DNA of 63,721 nucleotides, counting the filler, from Choristocarpus tenellus KU-1152 (lineage: Eukaryota > Protista > Phaeophyceae), in assembly GCA_964200185.2 (NCBI GenBank). It is 10 parts of 10 records of this genome, joined end to end, with 100 filler letters (N's around TTAATTAATTAA, not from the genome) between each part and the next. Parts side by side here need not be neighbours in the genome. Positions count along the whole stretch, not along the records: positions 49,908 to 60,253 come from CAXNAD020002978.1; positions 60,354 to 63,721 come from CAXNAD020020498.1; 8 more parts are not named here. The stretch is one strand, 5' to 3'. Both the position numbers and the translations under genes were made by a program. The notes beneath the pieces were generated by a model. That model did not search any database. It had not been told where the DNA came from and was given only the letters and a program-made list of their open reading frames with translations. Below are positions 51,111-63,721 of this stretch, one piece after another; the stretch's first letter is position 1, and every line of letters begins with the position of its first letter.

Positions 51111-52235
51111 TGTTATTCAGTATTGCCACCATTTCCACCATCTAAAAGACATGTCATCCCTCATTAAGAAAATCTTCTACTGTCTTTGCAATGTGTTGTG
51201 CTCTGGAGTACTAGATATCCTCCTGAGCTACAGATTTGTGGTGTTTGCAGCAATGGGATTGGTGTGACGTTAGTAATGATTAGCCAAACCAATCAAGACG
51301 TGGGTAGGTTCTGACCTTTTTGCATTCTAAGTAATCTTTTTTACCCTGTGCAATACACTCTGTTTCATTGCATTATGTGCACAATAGTGCATGAAAAATG
51401 GATATTTCCCCTTTCCACACGCATGTTGACACCATAATCAAACAAAGGTTCTTTCTGCAATTGCACAAAACGGAGTCTTTTTGCCCTTTCTCGGGATCCT
51501 TAAAATGCAAATCTGACTACCTTTCAATTTTTTTGGCTTTAGAGAACCTTAGTTTGTCATGAAGACTTAAGGACCTCTCCAAAATTTCTTGAGAGTGTTA
51601 TCACTGTTTGATTCAAAGTAAACGATAACTTTGCAATAGTATTTGGGAGTAGAAAGCAGGGGTGGTGCGAACAATTCAAATGTACAGTGGGAAAAGTGGA
51701 ATTGGAGTGCCCACATTTTGTTGCTCTGCTACCATCTAGTATCACTTCTGTACAGCTCCACTTCCACCTATTCGGACTGTGATCACACAAGAGACCTACT
51801 ACTAGCTGTAGCACCCCTGTAATCATTCCTGTTACCACTCTATATAGCCTTCACAGCTTGTCTTTTGCTGATAGTCCTTTGGGTGAGTTGAATTGCCTAC
51901 TGGGTATTAGATCATTTTCCACACTACCTATCGCATCGTTTTTTATACCCTTAGTAAACAGAAATATTTGTGTCCTGGGTTCGACACGAGGAAGGTCAAA
52001 ATGGGGTGGGTGGCAAGCATTCCGTTTATAATAATCATTTTTGCAAGTGGTCCAGGACACTGTGAGGAACTGGAATATGGAGGACTGTATAGTCCCTTTC
52101 TTGGCACACACTGAATATGTCAAGTTGCTCCTACTTCTGTGATATCGCCCATGATAGGCACTCCTCCCCTTCCTTGCCACCATCAACTTCACTCTTGCCA
52201 CCAAGATTCAATCCTTACCAAACTCCAATGTGCAG

Positions 52236-55200
52236 AAGGTAAAATTTCGGGCACTAATAACGCTATGATGGGCGTTGCTGAAGACAGTGCGACAACTGAA
52301 GCAGAGAAGAGAAAATACATATCGAAGTCCCAAGTGCGTATGATATGTTCAGAGGAGGAGGAAGAAGAGGAGGAGGTTGAAGAGGACGATTTTGAACAGG
52401 AGGGGGAAGGGGAGGGCGACGGGGAGGAGCAGGAAGAAGATCAGGGGGTGGAGAATAGAGGTAATGCTGGGGGGATTGGAGATGAGGAAAGTGATGGGGA
52501 GGAGTGGCAAGAGGGGAGCGATGAGGAGAATAGTGTGGCAACAAAGGTATGGTGAGAGCAGCGCACCATTTGATGATGGGTTTAATTTTTTCCTTACCCC
52601 ACGTACACCAGAGAACATCCAAGTACGGTTAGGTTACTGTACTTACCAGGTGTGTAGAATCTATTCTCCCCATGGGCACATCCCCCCCCCTTGCTAGCTC
52701 TGTTCACATACCAAGTGGAACAAGCACTGCATTACATTTGCAGTGGTGATGGGAGTACTTTGCTCGTGGGACTATAGGTGGAGCTCTACAGAACATTTAA
52801 TTGGATAATATCGAGACATAGAAGCCCTCTTGGCCCCTCTCATCAGTATCTACATATCCCTATCCTGAACTTGTCTCCCACTAGCACTGATAGCACTGTC
52901 TCGACCAATGCCAACATTTCAAACCAACACCATTGTACCTTGACAATAAAGACGATTTTTTCGAGTTGCTCGTTCTGTCTCTTACCCTGACCCTCCAACG
53001 CTGTGTTGTCTCATATCCTTATCTCTCCACGGATGGCGGCCAAGGCAACAATGGTAGAGAAAAATAACTCAGCATCAGCAGTGAAAACGACGACAAAAGC
53101 AATGCCCAATTCTGTGACTGAAAAGAAGTCTTGTTCTCCTCCCTTCACTACTGCCATGGACGATCGAGTAGATTCGCCTAAAAGGCGCCCCCCTCAGAGA
53201 GCGGCAGCAGCAAAAGCTGTACTAGGCCTGTCCCCAAGTTCGTTTACTGGTAAGGGGAAGATGGGAGAATGATTTAGGATTACCACCACGGAAGTGCATA
53301 GGAAAAAATATTGTGGAAAAACGTATGATGTGAGTAGGGCCCAGCCTTGGGGCTGGTACGTAGTTGATTTAGGGTTAGAATGAGTAGGTATTATGCGTGA
53401 ACAGCGTTCTAGGTGATGCAAATTATGCTCACCTCCTCGCAAACTTACAACCCCTCCATATTAGAGATATGAGCTAGGTACTGCCAGCCCACTCTAGAGT
53501 ATTATGAGTAAACCCTCTAATATATTATTTTTACTGTGTGTGCAGCACCAGGAATGATTGCAGATCATGATCCTTTTACTTGGGTATTTGTAGATTCAGC
53601 AGCATGGAAAGAGTACTTTCATCATCATGGTGCATCAACAAAAACTCTGACCCGCACAATAGCTGTTATGGGTCCAGCATACTCCACACTGACTTGAACT
53701 CTATATGCAACCTACACAAAAGAGAAACCAGTCAATTTTGTAGGAACTACCCAGAAAGGTCTTCTTGTGAATTAGGCAAATATTGGAATCCCTGAATTGC
53801 TCGTTGTTGCTTATGCAAGGACACATTACCCAATTTTGTACCCTCAGTATCTGTTTTGAATTCTATTCCCCTGAAGTCTTTAATGGCCAAAGAAAGGACT
53901 GCACACTAAAAACAAAACAAAATACTGCTGTGCAAGCAGCACCAGAGATTCCACCACAATACTACATCAACCCTCTAGTGCGTTCTGGTGTTCACTCCTA
54001 AATGCACAGGCATTAGTAGCACAGCTTCTTCCCCAGGTGGAGATACTCTCATGGACGGACCACCCCTGACTCAGCCTGATAATGTCATGAACGAAGTTGT
54101 GAATTGGGGTTCTCAAGATAAGGAAAGGGGTCGGGGGCATAATAAGCCGGAGAAAGAGCAGAAACCACAGGTGTGGGACCCTTATGCTGCGATTGCAATA
54201 ACATTGTCAGAAAAATTGTGAATGTAAAAATTGGAAAGGACCACTTTCAGGTTATGGCGTCGGGCATGGTACACTCCCCTATGACACTATCTTTACAAAT
54301 TTCTAGTGCATGCATTACTCCTCCTTCCCCCAGCTTCATTGTACCACCTTCCTCCCAATCTGTTAATGCCCCTATCACTGTCCAAACTATGTAAACCCCG
54401 CCATACCCATACCTTCACCTTCAACCCCTAACCCCATGTTCCTAAAACCAAATGACGAAGAGCAAGAACAAGGGTAAAGTTGTCTATGAAGGCAGGGGCA
54501 GGGGCAAGGATGTAAGGAAAGGCCAGAACAAGGGCAAGGGGAAAGAAAAGGAAGCTGCTCCGGCGTCTAGGGGTACTGGCAAGGGTTCCAGTAACAGCAG
54601 GATGTCTAGCAAGGGTAAGGGAAATGGTCCAGGACAAAGTCTCTGGGAATGGCAAGAGAATGCCCTTCAGGCAACTAGTGAGAGACGGAGTAACCAGGTA
54701 GGTTGCTGAGGGGTGGGGAAGGGATGGTAGGGGATAATGGCAAATGATTTTCTCTGATGTATACGTTCAGCGAGGGGTAGTCTGTGAGTAGGAATAATCT
54801 TTCACATCAAATGTTGGGTGACTTGAGTGAAAATTAAATATTTGAACATCCCATGCCAATTATGTACCTCATTTTTTGGGTGAGCCCAACCCATGGCCTA
54901 AGTGGTAACTCAACCCCAAGCTCCTGAATCTCTCAGGCACTCTGCAACCATGAGAGTGAAGACGTGGATGAGTTGGTGAGCGAATCCTCAGGCGGTTGTG
55001 AGAACAATTGCAGTCAGGACATAGAGATGGATAAGAAAGCCAACAATATTGTGGATGGGGACTCAGAGGAGGAAGGGGAGGGAGGAAGGGCCAGTGACAG
55101 AGAGCAAAAGGGGGGCAGGTCTAAAGGGGAAGCTAACATTGGGGAAGAGTTAGATGAGGGAGAAGAGGAAGAGGAGGAGGAAGAGGACATAGAGGAAGAG

Positions 55201-58200
55201 GACGATTCTGACATACTGAGTGAGTCCATCTGCTTCGCTCCCTATAACTTTATGTCTTTGACAAGGTATTTTTGAGCAATGTACTCAAGGTTGTTGTGCC
55301 CTATGATATTATATTCAAGTATCATGGTATTAGAACCCTAAGGACTGAGTGTGCTGGTGACTACAGAGTCAGACTGAGGTAGTGCTACAATGAACTGTCT
55401 AAAGACTTCTGTACTTCATTGGATTTGATAAATTGGATGTGTGGTACAGTCCAAAGAATTTGTTGATTATGATTTGGTTAGCTTTGAAACGAACAGGGCT
55501 GAAATGTATCCCTTGGGTCATGGGTCAATTGTGTTGCAATAGACATATATACTTCTACTAGTCTCTTTGCGGTTCCAGAGCCGAAAATTGGTATTTGTAA
55601 TATATCTAGCTCTTAGTCTGTAGATATATTCATAGAGGACACTACAAAAAGTAGATGCATTGGACCAAGGCCATTTTGTATGCCGTAGAAGAGTGACTGG
55701 CCCATTAATACAAGCCTTTTCTAAATGTGTGAAAAAACGTTGTGCATGTGATATTCACAAACTCTTTCATGGTGGGGGCATTGAGCAAGGGAAAAGACTG
55801 CAATATTGCTTATGGCAGCAATACTCCACCATATACTCTGGAGCATGTATGTGAATTTTGGATCTACTGTAGTGTACGGAAGAGTGTTGGATGCAAGAAT
55901 ACATTGGCATCAGTTTCTATATTTTTTGTGGCAAGCTTGTCATCAGGAGGCTCTCCTATGACCTTTCCCCACAGCACTTTGCAACACCCCCAACCCTCTT
56001 GTTCTCCCACCCAAAGACCCATAGTATCCTAGAGGTGGGTGGGAGGTTAGCCTGGTTTGTCCATTTGAGGCTTGCTGGGGTGTCTGAAACACTCAGTTTG
56101 ATGCCAGTTTTGGGTTCAATTTTTTAATACTTTGGTTCAGGTCAGGGGATGGAAAGGAAGGTGAGTCCAGATGGAAGATATTTCGAAATTACCCTTATAT
56201 CTGAAACCTTCGGACCCAAAGTGTCTGGGGGGGGGGGGGGGGGGGATCCAGACCACGGCCACCATTTTGGCTAAGACAAGGAGGATGACCCTTACTATAC
56301 ATCTCCGCTCTAGCANNNNNNNNNNTTGATTGAGGGCGTGGAGGGGGTGCGGGGTGGGGATGCGGGGGATCTAGACCAGGGTATCCATTTGAGCCATAAC
56401 TAGGAAATGTGCACTTACATTATCCATCCGGCATATGCAGCCAAATCATCCAAAAATTGCGACATGGAAAAAATTGGCCCCAAATGGACACCCGCCACCA
56501 CCACCCCCAGATACATTGAGCCTTCACTCAAATGACATGGAAATCGCTACAAGTTCAAAAAGGTCCCGAATGGACGCCTAAACAATTCTCTAGTATACTA
56601 TGGGTCAAACGTTTCAAGTACACGTACATATGCAGAAGACACAAAATCAGCAATGCTCAATCTTCTCCAAAACCCTTCCTGAACCTGATTCTTGAGACCT
56701 ACCTCTACTCTCTCATATTCGATTTTGGCTCCCAGTTTGCACCCTTCACCTTTGCACACACCCTTTCCCAATGTTGTCTATGTCCCTGCATGGGGTTCGG
56801 TCCAAAACCCATAGGCCAACTCTTTGCCCAATTTGTGACTGCAGCAAGGGCCAGGGATCAGCGCAGTAAGAAGCGCAAAATTGATGCTTGTGTGGCAGGT
56901 GTGAGGGAGCAGTGTACAGACTACCTGAGCCGGTGAGAGGGGGTGGGGTATTTGTTATATGGGGAAGTGTTTGGGGAATGATATCCTTGGTATTGTGTGG
57001 CATCATAAGGCAATGAGTGTATTAAAAGTGAAAATACATTGAATAGGACATGCACTATGTAGTATGTATGAAGACAGACTGGATTTCATTATTTTCAATA
57101 ATATAAAAAAATGTAATTGTACCAGGAAGGGCACATGGAACTGCATCACGATCACTTTTTGCCAGTAGGTGGGATGGATTATTGGGGCAGGGATATTTTG
57201 GTCAGGAGAAGCTTAAGGGGGTTCGAGTTGAAATGGGTTGTGTTGTAGGTGTCAAGTTTGGCTGGGTAGGATGTCCTCATGACGAGTGGGTGTAGCGATT
57301 CAATTGACATTATTGAGTGGGGTTGATGGCACCAAGATCACATCCTATGTAATACTGCTAATACGAAACTGTGACGTAACTGTGTGTGTAGGTGGGGAAC
57401 CGATACCATTGAGCTTGACTTGTTCAATTGCAGGAAGTGTAGTTTGTAGCAAGCAGTCATAAAGGCACCAAAATGATGGGTGTTCTTTATCTCTGGGTTT
57501 CGACACAGTTTCAAAAACCGTACACAGTGTACTCCACCCATAGTCCCAGAAAGGCAGGGAGGCGTGTCCCCCTTCTTTGGGGTAATCTTTCCCGCCTGTT
57601 TTGCAAGCCGGCCAACAGGATGTGAAGGGGAAACCTCAACAATTTTCTTATCAATGTCTGTCCATGGGTGATGCAAAGTATTCTCCCCATGTGACAACCT
57701 CAGTGGAAACAGATACCAGGGTATGCAGTGAATACCCCATTTTTGCTTCATACCCTAGACAAAATAAGGGATGTAAGGGCATACAATGAATACCAGTGGC
57801 ATCATCAAGACATGTCCAGAGTATCAGTTGTTAAACCCAAAATGTACTGATCAAGGAAAGCTTTTAGGACAAGACGCCATGAGCTGTACTTGAAATTAGA
57901 GACTATCTAGCTTGTAGCTGGGTACTGAAAGAGTGGAAATAGCCCTGGCTCCAACAACTGGTGGGTTGATGATAGGTTCATCCCAATATTATTGCTTTTT
58001 CTGGCTAATATTACTGAACATTGATGGGATGGTTTCGCGAAATCTCCACATGCACTGTAACAGTTCATGAGCAACCTTCCAAGCTCATGATAAGGCACTG
58101 CCTGGGTATGCAGAGAAGTGGAAAATGGAACAACACATCTATTTTAGTTTACAATGGCAGTACTAGACCTTGCAAGGGAAGTGAACCAGAAGGGGAGCTA

Positions 58201-59257
58201 GCCCAGCGAGTTATAGCCTCTGATGACAGGGTCCATCACCTCCCCGGGGTCTGCATACTTATATCACTGCACAGGACAAAGCTTGATAATAGAGTATTTA
58301 TCAGTGACAAACTAACAACTATTTCCCCAAGGCGCATAGACAGCTAAATTTACAGCTCCAGTGAGTCAAACTACTGAGAAGTAGGTAGGGTGATATTCTA
58401 AGGATCCCGAAAAAGGAGAAAAATATGCCGTTTTTTTCATTTGTAGAAGAGCCTTTGGAGAATTGTGGTTTCATTTTGTATGTGGAAGAGGGGAATATCA
58501 ATTTTGGGTACACCGTTGTGTACATGGAGCAACAAAATAGAGCATATTGCATGGGGTAACAAGCATGACTTGGAATCCTATAGGGTCCAAAACTGCCTCC
58601 CTCTTAATTGGTTTGGCTTAGTAAATTGAAGATTGTTGAATATATGCATATCTGAGCTAGCAGTAACCGAAGGATGAGAAGAAAGACTTCACATCTTCCC
58701 TCGACATTCTCTGGGTTCCCTCCCCCCTTCAACCCCTTCACCCACAGGGTACCTCCACCCATCCCTTGCCCACCCTGATACAGTGAGGTCAAGTCCCCAT
58801 GCTATTATTAACCTCAGGCTCAAAATATCTGGGTGGGGGGGGGGATCTACCCCAGGGTGTCCATTTGGGCCTTGACCAGGAAAAGTTCATTTACATTAGC
58901 CATCTGACGCATGTAACCAAATAGTCCCAAAATCGTGACATGCAAAAATGGGCCCCAGATGGACAGCTGCCACCCAACCCCAAGATACTTTGAGCCTCAA
59001 ACGTCGTCGTCACATTCTTGTCTTGCCACCTGTTATACTATCACCGTTCTCCATTGCTCCACACCCTTCCATCCCCCCAAATGTATATTGTAAACATTGT
59101 ACAGGACGACCAAGTCCTTGACTGAATACTGGCAGCATCAAGTGCAGGAGGCCCTTGAACAGGCCCGTCAGAAAGAAGCAGCTGTGACTGCAGCAAGGGA
59201 GCATGTCCTAGAGCTTGCTCAGAGTCATCGGGAGGTGTGGAAGGCAGGAGCTTCCAG
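52236..59257 (+). CDS. Partial spliced gene: long acidic/basic disordered region followed by a predicted coiled coil; exons include about 52236-52546, 53033-53249, 54010-54170, 54452-54697, 54938-55219, 56790-56932, 59105-59257
   Basis: Purine-rich open segments ending in GT donors; in-phase junction CTDYLSR-TTKSLTEYWQHQVQEALEQARQKE; several acceptors not determined. Confidence 0.5.
56016..56606 (-). mobile_element. MITE family D carrying a nested family B element (56213-56522)
   Basis: GACCCATAGTATCCTAGAG ... CTCTAGTATACTATGGGTC with AAA duplicated; removing the insert restores TCTGAAACCTTCACTCAAATGA, matching the 50478 copy. Confidence 0.8.
57340..58550 (-). pseudogene. Possible heavily decayed piggyBac-like transposase
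   Basis: Only TPPCLSGTMGGVHCV (compare YNxxMGGVD) and a plausible downstream hydrophobic pattern; many stops. Confidence 0.3.
58817..58996 (+). mobile_element. MITE family B
   Basis: GGCTCAAAATATCT ... AGATACTTTGAGCC; TCA duplicated. Confidence 0.92.
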
Positions 59258-60112
59258 GTGGCATACTAAATTGAATACTTTCTGTAGCTGACAAAAGAAT
59301 GCAAGTTGGAGGTGTTCAGTATTCCATAGTTAATGTTCAGGCATGATATTACGGAGGGTCTTCCTTGCCGTGCCGAAATAGACCCACAAAGGTTGCTTGA
59401 GGAGTGCCCAGCAAGAAATCATTACATAACGTTATTCTCTTGACTCTCTCTCCTCCTGTCTAAGGTCCTTTGGTAATGTATGTGGTGTGATGAGAGGGAG
59501 AAAATGGGCTTGTGCAAGTAAGGCTTTTTGAGGGCAGGACCAAAAGCGTTACATATCTGAAATTACACAAATTTCCCACTTTACAGGGATGCTCATGGTG
59601 AACGACCGCTCAAGGCCGTAATTTCATATGTGCATGGAGAAGTTTATGGGAGCTTCTGGTGCTGCTGTACTGTGGAACTACAATGCACAATACTTGCTAA
59701 CGTTTTGTAAAGTGAAGAAGCTCCTCATAATGTTTACAGCAGTGTATAAATATATCCTCCAACTTGCACAGTATCATACTGTACATCTACGGTGGAGATT
59801 CTTGCCCACCATGCTACCATTCGCTTCTACTGTAGTATTCATTGTACTGAGATTTGGACGTTCCAGCCCTCGCCTGTGTGAACTACCCATTCCTAGTTCT
59901 GGTATATCAATGGCAACAACTACCACGATCACTTATCATATGGAAAGGTCTACTGTTGCTATATTTGTAGAGATTCCATACTCCGCAAATCGTTGACTAC
60001 ATAAAAAGAGCAGAGGTATCAACTATGGATTCCAACTTTTCTGGATACTTCCCCCTCCTGGATTTCGTTGAACATTCATAACGTTGAGTAGTGATGGTGA
60101 ACAGGCAGGTGT

Positions 60113-60253
60113 GGGTCAAAGTATCTGGGGGGGGGTGTCGGCGTCCGTTTTTCACCCTTTTGGGGTGATTTGGTCGCACGTGTCGGATTTGAAATGTCAG
60201 GAAAAAAAAGGTTTGGCCGAAACGGACGTCCCCTCACAACCCCCCCTCCCCCC
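60113..60253 (+). mobile_element. MITE family C (shorter relative of B), cut by the gap
   Basis: GGGTCAAAGTATCT-polyG-TGTCGGCGTCCGTTTTT ... AAACGGACG-polyC. Confidence 0.8.
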
Positions 60254-60410
60254 NNNNNNNNNNNNNNNNNNNNNNNNNNNNNNNNNNNNNNNNNNNNTTA
60301 ATTAATTAANNNNNNNNNNNNNNNNNNNNNNNNNNNNNNNNNNNNNNNNNNNNGGGTGGGAGGGGACCGCTATCATTCGCCCCGTCCCCTGCCGGGGGTG
60401 TTTGCGTTGT

Positions 60411-60460
<50 letters not shown>

Positions 60461-61525
60461 CAGGTGTTGATTTTTTCTTTGTTTTTTTATTGCGTTTTTA
60501 GGGTTCGGGTTCGGGTTATTGGCAAGACCCTTGCTTGTACTTGACTTTGGAACGAGATGTGGTCTTTAGGAGGAAGTTGTGATGTTTTCATTTGGGCTGG
60601 GATTGTTTGATTGATGTTTAGAGGGTTGTTTTTTGGGAGGGGGGAAGGTGAAAGGGAATGTGTTTGAGTGCGTGTGTGATACAGGATACAGGTTTAGTCT
60701 AGCATGGTATTTTACTCAAGCAAAGTGAAGTGATGTGATGTGATGTGATGTGATGTGATTGTATCAATTGGTTCTCGTTGGTAAGGTGACAACGAGGCAT
60801 GAGCTAAGACTTTTTTTTTTAACTTTTTTTTTTTTAACTTTTAAATGGGAGCCTTTCACAATATTTCTTACACAGCCTGTGTTCCTATTAATAGTGTGTG
60901 ATGAAGTGAGTCTGCTGTTGCATTGAAGAACGAAAAAAGAATGACAAGAGAAAGAAAAAAAAAATGTATTGACGGAGAGAGAAAATACTCTATTGGAATG
61001 AATCTTTGGAGTACTGTTCACGTGCCCATCTTGTCATCTCCAACCGTTCCTGGGTGGGAAAACCAATTTCATTTCATTTCGTTCTGTTTCACGAAGCGAG
61101 TTAGTTCCCAGCCCCGTTTGTGATTTTCACAAGGAAAGGAAGAGTTCCAACAAACAACGCCTGTGCATGGCGTGTAGCACGGTGGAGTATATGGAGTGCA
61201 TTTTCCGAGGAGTGTATCCGTCTGACCTGGAGGCATGTCGTGAGATGACACGTCGTCGTTGTGCTTACTTTATTTTATTTTTTTTGTTCATTATTAAAAA
61301 AAAAGAAGTTGAAGTTGTACTATTAGTTGAATTGTGTGCTGTTGTGACATGACCTGTATACTATTTTTTTTAAATACATATATGCTGTAACATCTCGTGG
61401 TGGTGTTTGTTATTTTACTGTCGATATATTTCTTTGTTAGAAAAAAAAAAATCCTGTTTTTTTTACTTAATTTTATATTTTTATATATTTCATGTTCTGC
61501 CTATATTTTATATTTTTTATGGTAG

Positions 61526-63491
61526 CCGATCGCCTGCTACAGGAGTTGTCTCAAGTATGTGCCAAGGAGGGAGGCTCGGCGGGTCTCAGAGGGGGGGAGC
61601 TAGCCAAGGAGGCAAGAGATGCTGTGGAGTTGGCCACCACCAGGCATGGTCATTATTTGTTTATTTATTTATTTTTACTGACTGCAGTTGAAATATTCTT
61701 CAATCTCTTTATTATTTTTTATGGACTGATGTCATGCCGTTTGTTTTTGTTGTTCTTTTATTTATTTTTATTTTTTGGTAGGTGAGGTTACATGACACAA
61801 ATGGCTACATTTAGTGGAACGACCGAGATGTGTTCCGATTGTTATTTCGAGCCAATATTCCTGCAGGCATCTTGTCTTTGATATGTAGGTGGCACTTACT
61901 CCCCTCAGTGATGGAATGGCTCTGCCTCATGAATGAAAAGTTTTGTGTGAATGGCGTATATATTGTACTGTGTGATGTGTATGGTATTTGAAGAACGATA
62001 TTATACTATGTTATTTTACTATTTTATTTTGTACTATATTATTATACTGTATTATTTTACTATATCGTTTTACTATGTCGTCATTGTATGTTATTTTACT
62101 GTATTGTTAATACTACATATTACTATTACTATATTATTCCCACCTTCCCCCCAGCCCTCAAGCTACACTCTCATGAAATAATTGTTGTCAATATTTACTA
62201 TTATTTTTTTAAGCTTGTGCTTTGAATATAGAAATAGCTGTACTTGCAATTAGATGGTTTGGGAATCAATTGTTATTTCTTGATGTTTAGTCACTACTTG
62301 GAGGCATTTCCAGTCTCCTCTTGTGATATTATTATTATTATTATTATTCTCAATTGAGTGACTCCTCTCAATGGTGGAAGAGAAGGTAGTTTTGCCACTT
62401 TGCCTTTCCTAGTTCTGAAACATAGGATCAATGACTCCCATGCACTGGTACGTTGATATCAACAATGACTGCTGTCAATTTAGACATGAGCCACATCATT
62501 CCTTAAAATAAATATTTTGATGTCTATGCACTCCATTCCAAGGTAAAGGGTTAAACTCATCTCCTGCTGTGTCTTGAATGTAGAGGTTAGCATATTAACT
62601 TATATACCTCTCATTCCAAGAAAGAACCATCCATCCATCCACCCACCCACCCACCACCTATGAAACATTTTTGCCTTCTAAAAAATAAATTGTTTTGTGG
62701 TATGTTGCTGTTCAGTTCATGAGAGACTAGAGTTATGCAACCTTTTATTTAATTTATGTATTTTCATTTTTATTTTTTTTAATTATTATTATTTTGTAAT
62801 ATTTTGTACTAATTGAAAAATTCATGTAGTGCAGTAGCAGTGGGGTGTTGATATGTGCAGCACTTGAGCTCGTTTAAGCATGGGACATGTTATTTGGCAA
62901 TGGGCACACATACATACATACATACATACATACATACACTGTACAGTACCAAGTCAGAAGAATTGTTAGTATTGATTACAGATTTCACCCCCCCTGATTC
63001 TCAAACCAAGAAATTATCATTACTATTATAGTTGCTATTGTTAGTATTAGTATTATTTGACTTTCAAAGATTAACATTGAACATGACCAACAATTGTGAG
63101 AGTAATGTTTCCTTGGCATGGCATGTCACCAATAGAAGATCCTCCCTCTCCCCTTGCCCCACCAATGGCATCATCCATGTAATGTCAACTAAAGGGCATG
63201 CATGCTTCAGCAGTACCTAGTCGTATCTCAGAGACTCAAGGACTTGCAAGCTAAGGTCAGGGAGGGATCCGAAGACAGAACGCCTTCCCAAGATGAGAGC
63301 GGAGGCCAGGGTAAGGATGAGGCTAGGGCGGGGGCAGAATTACTGGTCAAGACTCCGGGGGGGGCAGGGGCTGGGACTGAGGCTGCACAAGTGTCGTTAC
63401 ATGATCATTACTTGTCAGCTGCAGAAGGGATATTGATGTCCTACGATCTCAAGAGCTTGACCAATGGAGAGATTCTTGTGGCGTCAGAAAG
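61526..63491 (+). CDS. Internal exons of an unknown gene (about 61526-61648, 61815-61888, 63211-63491)
   Basis: GC-richer open segments between T-rich introns with AG/GT ends; no family recognised. Confidence 0.45.
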
Positions 63492-63721
63492 GTGAGGGGG
63501 TGGGGGGTGGGGGTGGAACAGGCACTTTTGTGGGATGTGAAAGGGGATGATATTTTTTTTGCTTACATGCGATAGTTTTTTGGTTCTTATTTATTTATTT
63601 GCATTCTCTTCTCTTTTTTTTTTTGTAAAATTATTATTAATATTGTCATACACATAATGTTGTGTATATTTTTTGGTGTGTGTGTGTGTACGGGGGGGGG
63701 GGGGGGGGGGATGGGAAGGGC

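Noticed and set aside
60410-60459. Very long poly-G run (also near 49070, 49210, 49975)
   Set aside because: Adjacent to gaps; homopolymer length is unreliable and may be a sequencing artefact.

Overview
Repeat-rich eukaryotic nuclear DNA with GT-AG introns, short TTAGGG-type repeats and many microsatellites. The style suggests a stramenopile such as a brown alga, but that is inference. The window is about ten contigs joined by an artificial 100-nt N44-TTAATTAATTAA-N44 linker, so adjacency across linkers means nothing. Recognisable content: (1) a five-exon nucleoredoxin/tryparedoxin-like WCAPC thioredoxin with a hydrophobic C-terminal tail; (2) the 5' part of a calcineurin-A-like PPP phosphatase gene, with a decayed tandem copy and an inverted-repeat hairpin made from a paralogue of one of its exons; (3) an intron-rich Sola-like DDD transposase pseudogene; (4) about 24 copies or fragments of several MITE families whose interiors differ but which share a CAAAGTATCT terminal core and a GTCCATTTGG subterminal motif, with 3- or 4-bp target-site duplications; (5) a decayed plant-mariner-like transposase; (6) 3' ends of a CRE-like restriction-endonuclease LINE with (TAA)n tails; (7) partial spliced genes of unknown function. 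The most interesting candidates are the gene-derived hairpin (possible young miRNA/hairpin-siRNA locus next to its potential target) and the spliced Sola-like transposase with its MITE swarm. Exon models were read by eye and need RNA-seq confirmation.
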